Shown here piece by piece: positions 10,001-18,710 of a stretch of 20,000 nucleotides of DNA. Each line of letters starts with the position of its first letter. Position 1 is the stretch's first letter. A model generated the notes under the pieces. It was not told where the DNA came from and made no database searches. It saw only the letters and a list, made by a program, of their open reading frames with translations. Origin of the DNA: Chiloscyllium plagiosum (Eukaryota); contig NC_057718.1 of assembly GCF_004010195.1 (NCBI RefSeq), forward strand, positions 18,099,574 through 18,119,573, written 5' to 3'. A program made the position numbers and the translations under genes.

Positions 10001-10871
10001 AGTAATACAGCACAGAAACATCCCTGCTGACCAGGTTTCTGAGCTGAACTAATCACATTTGCCTGCGTTTTCTCCATAACCCTCTAAACCTTTTCTATTT
10101 ATGCACCTTTGCAAATGTCTTTTAAATATTGAAATTGTATCGACCTCCACCACTTCCTCTGGCAGCTCATTCCATACATGAAGCATCCCAAAAAATGTCA
10201 AAAGGTTGCCCCTTAGGTCCCTTCTAAATCTCTCCCTTCACACCTTAAACTATTCCCTCTCATTTTGGGCTCTCCTACCCCTGGAAAAAGACCTGGACTA
10301 TTCACCCTATCCATGTCCCTCATGATTTTATAAACCTGTGTATGGTCATTCTTCAGCCTCCAACAATCCAGGAAGAGAAGTCTCAGTTTATTCAGCTCTC
10401 CCTTTAGCTCAAACCCTCCAGGCCTGACAACATTCTTGTAATTTTTTTCTGCACCGTTTCTAGTTTAACAATCTCCTTCCTATAGCATGGTGACTAGAAT
10501 TGATCACAGTATTCTAAAAGTGGCCTCACCAATGCCCTGTACAGTTGCAACATGACCCCCCAATTTCTGTACTCACTTTTCTGATCAATGAAAGCAAGCG
10601 TGCCAAATGTTTTCTTCACCACCCTGTCTACTTATAATGCCACTTTCAAGGAACTATGAACCTGCATCTCTCAGTCCCTCTGTTCAACAGCACTTCCCAG
10701 TGCCCTACTATTAACTATATAAGTCCTGCTCTGATTTGCCTTACCAAAATGCCACCAATTTTGGTGCCATCCTCAAACTTACTGACCATACCTCCTAAAT
10801 TCTCATCCAAATCATTTATATAAATTATGAACAACAGTGGACCCAGAACCAATCCTTGTGGCACAGCCACT

Positions 10872-10916
10872 GATCACAGGCCTCCAGTCTGAAAAGTAGA
10901 CTGGAGGCCTGTGATC
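10872..10916. repeat. Perfect 19-bp inverted repeat with 7-nt loop
   Basis: gatcacaggcctccagtct (10872-10890), loop gaaaagt, agactggaggcctgtgatc (10898-10916). Confidence 0.95.
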
Positions 10917-11393
10917 TTCTCTATCTTCTACCATTGAGCCAATTTTGTATCCAATTGGCTATCCCTCCTTGGATCCCATATGGTCTAACCATCCTACCAT
11001 TGTCGAAGGCTTTGCTAAAATCCATGTAGACAATGTCTACCACTCTGCCTTCATCTATCTTCCTGGTAACATTTAAAAAAAAACTCAATCAAATTTGTGA
11101 GACATGATTTCCCTTGCACAGAACCATGCTGACTGTCTCTAATCAGTCCTTAGCTTTCCACAGGCATGTGCAGAATCCCCTCCAACAATTTGCCCACCAG
11201 TCTATAATTCTCTGGATTTTCCTTGCAGCCTTTCTTAAACAATGGCACAACATTAGCCACTCTCCAGTCTTCCAGCTATCGATGACACAAATATCTTGGA
11301 AAGGGGGCCTGAAATCTCCTCCTGAGCTTCCTAGTGTTCTGGGATACATTTGATCAGGTCCTGGGGATTTATCTACCTTCATGCATTTTAAGC

Positions 11394-11520
11394 TTACAGA
11401 ATACTAAAACACATAATTCAGGGAAAACACATCACAGTGGTACATAGCTCACAAATTATCGGTACACATAATTCAGTGAGTTCATATCACAGCAGTACAT
11501 ACCTCACAGAGTACTAGTAC
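11394..11520. repeat. Degenerate 55-bp tandem repeat, ~2.3 copies
   Basis: 'acacataattcag' at 11409 and 11464. 'atcacag..gtacata.ctcaca' recurs with period 55. Unit starts at 11394, 11449 and 11504. Confidence 0.75.
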
Positions 11521-11524
11521 TGTA

Positions 11525-11760
11525 GTGCTCTGGGAAATGTTGTTGAACAGAGGGACCTAGGGATGCAAGTTCATAGTTCCTTGAAAGTGGCAGCACAGGT
11601 AGACAGGGTAGTGGAGAAGGCACACTTGCCTTCATTGATCAAAGCTTTGAGTTTAGGAGTTGGGACGTCATGTTGCAGCTGTACATGGCATTGGTGAGGC
11701 CACCATTAGAATATTGCGTGCAAAACTGGTTGTCTTGCTATAAGAAGGAGATTGTTAAAC
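11525..11760 (+). mobile_element. Internal CR1 ORF2 fragment
   Basis: Colinear with 1060-1130 plus 1350-1605 (MLQLYMALVRPPLEYCVQNW). Confidence 0.88.
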
Positions 11761-12612
11761 ACAACACATAGGATCATGTATTTTTGAACATTTTATCATA
11801 AAGAATAATTTGAAAAGTGGGAGTATAAATTTACATCTGTCCTGTCACTGTGCAAATTTACGTACTCTCATTTCCACTCCACAGAAATATTTATCTTTAA
11901 GTGGGGTTACATGTGTCAGCCTTAACTGTCCTTTCTGGGAGTTGCATCTCATACTCTGCAAAGCGAAAGAATGTTCCTCCTGACCTCTCCTCTTGCTGGA
12001 GGCTTGTAAATGTTAAGCCTGCTATGGCCTGTAAATTCAATTAAATGTGGAAAGATGACTTGGGGCCAATCTGACTGGGAGTTTGTCCCTCGATATGATC
12101 AAATATGTATTAACTCTCATGTCAGCTCATTCCTGCTGGCACATCATTCTTTGCACTCGACAAACATATAGTTCAGGAAGCAGTCGCTACGCTGTTATAA
12201 TAGCAAGACTAATGATGCAGAAATGACAATAAATGTGTTTGATAAAATGTCGACAAAGAAATTAATAGAATTTTATCTAACGACTAATGTATTCAAGATG
12301 AATTGGATGAGAACGCAGAAGGACAGCATATTTAATTCCGTTACTAAATCAAACATCTGTCACATTGTTTTATATGTGTGTGTGTGAAAGTGCATGTAAT
12401 GGGCGAGTGTGTTCACACTCACACTACAGTAATGCGCCATAATGAGTTACATATCAACACTCGGGACACACTTGTCACTGCAGTTTGACTATTTGGAGAG
12501 TAGACTGTGATATGAGTAACTGGTCTGTACCTTCAGAGTCCAGAGGGTTGATGTTAAACCCAGAGTGAGCTTGGGGTCTGGATAGCGTGAGATTGGAATG
12601 CACTATTGCCTG

Positions 12613-12934
12613 ACATACAGAAACATAGAAAAATAGGATCAGGAGTAGACCATTCAGCCCACCAAGTCTCCTCTGCCATGGCTGATTGTCCAGCTCAATA
12701 CCCCTGTTCCTCCTTTCTCCCCATACCCTTTGAGCCCTTTAGCCCCAACTCCTTCTTGAAAACATTCAATGGTTTGTTTTCAATGGCTTTCTCAGGTGGT
12801 GAATTCCACAGGCTCACCACTCTCTGGAGGAAGACATTTCTCCTCAACTCAGTCCTAAAGGGCCTATCCTGTATCCTTAAACTGTGACCCAGTTCTGGAC
12901 ACCCCAGTGATCAGGAGCAAACTCCCTGCATTCT
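12613..12934 (-). mobile_element. CR1 3' end, second subfamily (tail acatagaaacatagaa on +)
   Basis: 'gaattccacaggctcaccactctctgg..gaagacatttctcctcaactcagtcct' is the reverse of the CR1 FxQRVVxLWNxL terminus. The tail resembles 15910-15997. Confidence 0.8.
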
Positions 12935-13204
12935 GACCCCACCACCAAAGATATATTTCCATCCCCACCCCTATCACCATTCCAAAAAGACCATTCCCTC
13001 CACAACTCCCTCATCAGGTCCTGTCCATCACTCCCCCTCTGACCTATCACCTTCTCCATCACCTTCATCCATCTATTGCTTTCTCCCCAAACCCCAACCC
13101 CCCTCCCCCATTTATCTCTCAGACCCGCCCCGCAAGTCTCATCCCTGATGAACAGCTTATGCCCAAAACGTCGATTCTCCTGCTTCTTGGATGCTGCCTA
13201 ACTT
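12935..13204 (+). mobile_element. Internally deleted Penelope-like element fragment with degenerate hammerhead
   Basis: 12935-13021 translates DPTTKDIFPSPPLSPFQKDHSLHNSLIRS, which resembles the PLE RT-to-endonuclease linker. It is joined directly to a 3' UTR homologous to 5075-5228 (-). Hammerhead remnant CTGATGA-acagcttatgccc-AAAA-CGTC at 13145-13172. Confidence 0.75.
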
Positions 13205-13755
13205 GGGTCCTAGCAGCCAATTGATTTGATGTTTTGGAGTCAGAGAAGGGGGCTCCCCACTTGATTCTGCAATTTATATGTGCTCTTTGACTAACCAAAC
13301 TCTCACCAGCAGTTTCGATTTTAGTTTGGGAAAGTTGGGAGCAGCACTTGCCAATTCTTAAAAATTCAACAATTGAGCGCGTTTCAAAATGTTCTTCTCA
13401 ATTGAGACGCTTGTCGATAGTTGGCAAGGTTTTTACGCCAGCTGTTCCTACATTAGAGTGAGCGGCCAGCCTTCTCGAGGTTGGATTCTCTTTCCAGTGG
13501 ATATGTGACGGGTGGTTGCTTCAACCTGCTGCATCCTACCAGCCTGAGGAAACACCACGCGATCACTCGGATAATAACTGAAAACCTGGATGACCTTCAA
13601 CATTATAACAGGACAGCGAATAACAATTAAAGCACATTTGTGGCTTGTCAGCTTGTCGCCTTTAACCAGATTTGGTGTGAGACAGATTTACAGCTGATAA
13701 GAAATTTCAGGCCCACAAGTTCTTGGCACCCATGGTTCTGTAGTCTGCCATCATT

Positions 13756-14091
13756 GAATCATAGAATCACTAAACTGTGGAAGCTGGCCATTCAGCCCTT
13801 TGAGCCCACACTGACCCTTTGAAGAGCATCACACTCAGACTCTTCCCCTCTCCTGTCCCTGTAACCCTGCATTTCCCATGGCTAATGTAACTAACCTACA
13901 TATAATGGGGAATATAGAATGGCCAATCTACGTAACTTACACATCTTTGACCGTGGGAGGAAACCAGAGGAAACCCATACAGACACAGGGCAAATGTGCA
14001 AACTCCACACAGACAGTTGCCGGAGAGTGGAATCTAACCCAGGGCCCTGGCGCTGTGAGGCAGCAGTGCTAACCACTGAGCCACTGTGCTC
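13756..14091 (-). mobile_element. HE1/V-SINE-type SINE
   Basis: Reverse-complement homolog of 2894-3209, with tRNA-like head at ~14025-14091, V-domain and 'gattctatgattc' tail. Confidence 0.88.
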
Positions 14092-14133
14092 ATTAATGGT
14101 AACAGTCAAATATTAAACTAACAACCATCTTTT

Positions 14134-14448
14134 TTAGATTAGATTAGATTACTTACAGTGTGGAAACAGGCCCTTCGGCCCAACAAGTCCACACCGACCC
14201 GCCGAAGCGCAACCCACCCATATCCCACATTTACCCTTTCCTAACACTACGGGCAATTTAGCATGGCCAATTCGCCTGACCTGCACATCTTTGGACTGTG
14301 GGAGGAAACCGGAGCACCCGGAGGAAACCCACGCAGACACGGGGAGAATGTGCAAACTCCACACAGTCAGTCGCCCGAGGCGGGAATTGAACCCGGGTCT
14401 CTGGTGCTGTGAGGCAGCAGTGCTAACCACTGTGCCACCGTGCCGCCC
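14134..14448 (-). mobile_element. Young HE1/V-SINE-type SINE with (TCTAA)n tail
   Basis: The minus strand has an intact head GGGCGGCACGGTGGCACAGTGGTTAGC and B-box GGTTCAATTCC. Many CpGs are retained. The tail appears as ttagattagattagatt on +. Confidence 0.92.
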
Positions 14449-14628
14449 CAAATGTTCCTATGTCTCTGAGGAGCTCACAGTAACAGGTATTTCAGCACTG
14501 AAGGTCATCACTGGGGTTTCTGAGTTCCATGCTGCCTTCATTCTTCAGGTAGGTTTGTTTGTATATCTGCCAATTGCTTGACCCCTCACCTGCTTATGTA
14601 GCCACGCCTAAAATGCATTCTGATATTA

Positions 14629-14955
14629 GGTTAGCACTGCTGCCTCACAGCACTAGAGACCCAGTTTTGGGTCTAACCTCAGGTGTCTGTGTGGTGTCTG
14701 TGTGGAGTTTGCACATTCTCCCCGTGTCTGCGAGGGTTTCCTCTGGGTGCTCCAGTTTTCTCCCACAGTCCAAAGATTTGCGGGTTATGGGCCATGCTAA
14801 ATTGCCCATAGTATTCAGCGATGTGCAGGCTAGCCATGATAAGTGCAGGGTTATGGGGGAAAGTGGGGGAGGGGAGTGAGTTTGGATGGGATGCTCTTTG
14901 TAGGGTCGGCACAGACTCAGTAGACAGAATGGCCTCGATATACATTGTAGGGATG
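14629..14955 (+). mobile_element. 5'-truncated HE1/V-SINE-type SINE
   Basis: 'ggttagcactgctgcctcacagc...gtgtggagtttgcacattctccccgtgtctgcgagggtttcc...ctcccacagtccaaagat'. Confidence 0.88.
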
Positions 14956-15166
14956 CCTCACTACTCCTTGTGGATGTTATTATCACATTCTAACTGTTGT
15001 CTTGATAAAGGAGCTCCTATTGAGATCTTTACCCATAGGTTACTCACTTCTCGTCCCTGCAAACCTCACAAGTGAATGCACTACTGCTCATTTGCTACTT
15101 TGTTGAGTTTCACTATGTGACATTCAGAATTATAGTCATTAAGTGCCATTAATAAATAAGGCAAAC

Positions 15167-15383
15167 CAGAAATGGCTGGAGAAACTCAACAGGTCTGACA
15201 GTATCTATGGAGAGGAATGTTTCGAGTCCAGTGACCCTTTGTCAGATAGTTCGAGTCAATGAACTCGAAATGTTAACTCTGTTTTGTCTCCACAGGTGTT
15301 GCCAGACCTGGTGGGTTTCTCCAGCAATTTTTGCTTATGCTTGTTTCAGATCCCCAGTATCTGCACTTCTTTGGTTTTTTTTT
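15167..15383. mobile_element. Old head-to-head (palindromic) PLE-end insertion of a second hammerhead subfamily
   Basis: Imperfect inverted arms 15167-15214 and ~15287-15333. The minus strand of 15216-15245 reads CTGACAA-A-GGGTC-ACTG-GACTC-GAAA-CATT. The plus strand has a partial 'gagtcaatgaactcGAAAtgttaac'. The tail 'tttcagatccccagtatctgca' is on the right arm only. Confidence 0.7.
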
Positions 15384-15909
15384 AGTAAACACAGTATCTC
15401 AGAGCTGTGCAATGCAGGGGGACTGAGAAGCTTCACCTACTGGTGTCTGAGGTCACCTGGGGTTACCCGAAGGGTTATGCATATAATATTGCAGCTCAGC
15501 TGCTGGTCATGTGGGTGGCCATTGCTGAGGGACGGGGGACAGCTCACAGATGCCAGCTTAACATGGGAGACTCCAGTTTCAAAAAGGATCACTGGTGTTG
15601 GAGGGGAAGGAAATAAAATAAAGCCAAAGGATTCAATGTTATTTCTTTGAGTTTTTTCCATGTTACGTGGGATCACCACAATATAGGTTCATCACCTTAC
15701 AGTCAGTCAGCGATTTTAGATTTAGCATCCAGTTTTACAGATGGATGCACCTCCTGTCTGAACTTCCTTATTTATCGGGGGGTGGGAACCAATACATAGC
15801 TTACCAGGAAACGTGCCCTCTCTTCCTGCCTGCCATAGGAGTGTTGAAAGGACTTACAGCTGGAAGCATCCTGTTGCATCATATTAGGAATACACTTTCC
15901 ATGGTTAAT

Positions 15910-15997
15910 AAACATAGAAACTAGGAGCAGGAATAGACCATTCAACCTGCTCAGACATTCAATATAATCATGGCAGATCATCCATCTCAGCACCACA
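15910..15997 (-). mobile_element. CR1 3' tail fragment (second subfamily)
   Basis: 'aaacatagaaactaggagcaggaatagaccattca' is homologous to 12621-12657. Confidence 0.7.
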
Positions 15998-16607
15998 TTG
16001 CTCAGTCCTTTAAGTAGAGGAGTTAGGAAGTTATGTTGAGGTTGTACAGGACATTGGTGAGGTCTCTTCTGGAATACTGTGTGCAGTTCTGGTCACCCAG
16101 TTATATGAAATATATTATTAAGCTGGAGAGGGTTCAGAAGAGATTTACCAGCGTGTTGGAAGGTTTGAGTCATAAAGAAAGGCTGGATAAGCTGGGACTT
16201 TTCTCACTGGAGTTTAGGAGGTGAGAGCCTACCTGAGAGAAGTTTATAAAGTAATAAAAGAGGTATAGATAGAGTTAGTGGTAGTTGTCTTTTTCCAAGG
16301 ATGTGGGATTTTGAGACTAGGGGGCACATTTTTAAGGTGAGAGGAGAGAGATTTGAAAAAGACATAAGAGACAATGTTTTTACACAGAGGGTTAGTTGTG
16401 TGTGGAATGAACTCTTGAGGAAATGGTGGATGTGGGTACAATTACAATGCTTACAAGACATTTAGAAAAGGGCATGAATAGGAAAGGTTTGAAGGAATAT
16501 GGGCCAAGAGCAGGCTGGTGGGACTAGCTGAGTTTGGGGTTTATGGTCGGCATGGACTGGTTGGACCAAAGGGTCTGTTTCCATGCTCCGTGACTCTATG
16601 ATTCTAT
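15998..16607 (+). mobile_element. 5'-truncated CR1-clade LINE 3' end
   Basis: ORF 16033-16224 reads [58 protein letters not shown]. Tail 'tgactctatgattcta'. Confidence 0.93.
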
Positions 16608-16882
16608 CAGTATACCATCTGCCTTCCGAATTGCTTGCTGCACCGGCCTGTATACTTCCATTGATCTGTGTGCAAGAATACCCCGATCCCTTTACATAAC
16701 CACATTTCCCAAAGTATCAGCATTTAAATGATGCTCTTCCTTTCTGTTTTTCACACTGAAATGCAGAATTTCACATTTAGTCAGGTTGTGCCATATGTGC
16801 CATGTGTTTGTCTGCTCAATTTGTCTAGATTGTCCTCAAGCCTCTTTGCATCTGCCTCACACCTCACATTGCCCCCAGTTTT
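16608..16882 (-). mobile_element. Degenerate internal CR1 fragment
   Basis: 'ccatctgccttccgaattgcttgctgcacc...caagaataccccgatccctt...ttcacattt...ctcacattgcccccagtttt' loosely follows the CR1 layout seen at 8150-8430. Confidence 0.55.
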
Positions 16883-17188
16883 GAAGTTCAGACCCTGGAT
16901 TGGGATTCCCAGTGGATCCATAGTGTTCAATAAATCATTTACGATAATGTGTGCCTTAAACTATCATTTAACTCACATGCCCAACTGAAGGAAGGTGGGC
17001 ATTAGTTTAAAAGTTCATCTGTGTTTTAGATAAAGTTTTAAGATGAGACCTTCCGATGTGAATATCAAATAAGTCCACGGCAGTATTCAAAACTGAGAAA
17101 AGTCTCTCAATGTTCTGGCTAAAATTCAGCTCTCAATGGAATCACCCAAACACACATATTTTGGTGTTTGTTGTTAGTGGAGTCTTGC

Positions 17189-17407
17189 AGTTGAAACTTT
17201 ATTGCTGGAACAGCACAGCAGGTCAGGCAGCATCCAGGGAACAGGAGATTCGACGTTTCGGGCACAGGCCCTTCTTCCAGAAACGTCCAGAAACGTGCCC
17301 GAAACGTCGAATCTCCTGTTCCCTGGATGCTGCCTGACCTGCTGTGCTGTTCCAGCAATAAAGTTTCAACTTTGATCTCCAGCATCTGCAGACCTCACTT
17401 TCTCCAC
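17189..17407. mobile_element. Recent palindromic PLE-end insertion: perfect 77-bp inverted arms, 13-bp TSD
   Basis: Arms 17189-17265 and 17295-17371 are exact reverse complements around a 29-bp spacer. An extra 3' tail spans 17372-17407. The direct repeat gagtcttgcagtt lies at 17180-17192 and 17408-17420. Confidence 0.92.
17247..17280 (-). ncRNA. Hammerhead motif disrupted at its 5' core by the inversion junction
   Basis: The minus strand reads CTGGAAGA-A-GGGC-CTGT-GCCC-GAAA-CGTC-GAATC, i.e. CTGAAGA with one extra G. The plus-strand arm keeps only gtgccc-GAAA-CGTC-GAAT. Confidence 0.55.
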
Positions 17408-18710
17408 GAGTCTTGCAGTTTACCAACTGGCTGTTACATTTCCAAATTCCAATTCTCTTTAAAGGTATTCTGGTAGTGGTGGGGAATTCTGGCTACCCCT
17501 GAGAGTGTGAAAGGCACTATATAAATGGAAGTTCTTTTTCCCGATGCTCATCAAATCCGGAAAACCAGCTTGAAAAACATCATAAAGAGATTGATGTCAG
17601 AAAAACAAACAACAAAGAATTGTTATTTGTATAAGAGAAGGAGAGATAATCCTCACCTTTATGTATGTATTTTAAGCTTAGGAGGATAGTGTTTATGCTT
17701 TGGAAGTTCATTATGTTAATATAGTGAATTGTTTAAGTCTGTTCCCTAATACACTGAGTTGCTTTGATATGATGTTGTGCCTTGCTTCCAGGTGCAAAGG
17801 TTTATCTGTTATTTTCTTCAGTTATATTCTTCCAAGTGTAGGCAAATGCCTGTAGGCTGTCCTGGGGTGTTGGGCCCACTCAGCCCTTGCCCCAGCAGCA
17901 TGAAAAAAATGGACCTTTCAGGTGCACAGGGCTCCAAGTACCATGGACATGAAATTGTGCCATTATTAGAAGTAAACACTGTGGAGGGATATTGACTGAG
18001 ATTTAGTGTCTTTGCACTAGGTGCTGGGGCAGGTAACCTCAGGACAACTAACATACCATCCCCATATCAGCCATATCCCCCATTTCCCTTATTTACCCCA
18101 TGTCCCCATCATTCCCCACCACCATTAAAACTCACTGGATCAAGCATCATCCACACTGCCCAGGCAGTTTCTCATCCAATCAGAAATCTTGTCACTGACG
18201 TCCTGTCCTGCCAGAGCTAATGGACCAATCAGAGGATGGCGATTACTGGGGGCAGGAGAATGTCACGGAGATGTGTGACCATGAAGGGCTGTAGCTTATG
18301 ATAGGTAGGCCTTGTTTCTCTGGGCGGGGGTGAGAGTCATCAGGTGAGGTCCCACACAGAGAGAAAGGTGATGATGGGGTTGGAGGTAAGAATAGTTTTC
18401 AGCAGCCACCCACTTTGACCTGAATTGCTTTTGGATTGGGGTGAATGGAGGACACTTCCCAACCTGGCAGACTGGTCGCCCTGATTTCTCTGCTGAGAAT
18501 ACACCACGTATTCACCTGCTTGCCATGATGCACTAATTGAGGAGATGATGTGCAGGCCCCTAACAGGCTGTGAATTGACCACTTGAGGGCCTTAATTGGT
18601 GATGGATTGAGAAACCATCCATTAAGTTTAGCACCCAAAACCTAAGTGCTGAGATGATGGAAATGGGGGCTGTGGGAATCTTTCCAGGGTGAACACACCC
18701 AATTTATTAA

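Larger units (their letters stand above)
9888..11390 (-). mobile_element. CR1-clade LINE, 5'-truncated and internally deleted, with a PLE mini-insertion in its tail
   Basis: 10010-10745 is colinear with 7200-7915. The minus strand has RT-region remnants (MKVDKSPGPDQMYPRTL; 'attgtctacatggattttagcaaagccttcgacaa' = IVYMDFSKAFD at ~11001-11033). Confidence 0.9.

Noticed and set aside
13878..15075. Multiple overlapping ORFs with similar peptides
   Set aside because: These are translations of SINE copies, not proteins.
15207..15650. 147-aa ORF
   Set aside because: It starts inside the degenerate palindromic repeat, has no recognisable domain, and its composition looks non-coding.
17110..17426. 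Opposite-strand ORFs sharing the peptides KLYCWNSTAGQAASREQEIRRFGH and CPKRRISCSLDAA
   Set aside because: An artefact of the 77-bp inverted repeat.
17490..17540. L2/SINE-type 3' tail ('gtgaaaggcactatataaatggaagttcttt')
   Set aside because: Too short to delimit an element; also not credible as a TATA promoter without a downstream gene.
18320..18700. Possible non-autonomous DNA transposon remnant ('aattgaccacttgagggccttaattgg')
   Set aside because: It resembles a shark interspersed repeat, but I could not define terminal inverted repeats or a TSD.
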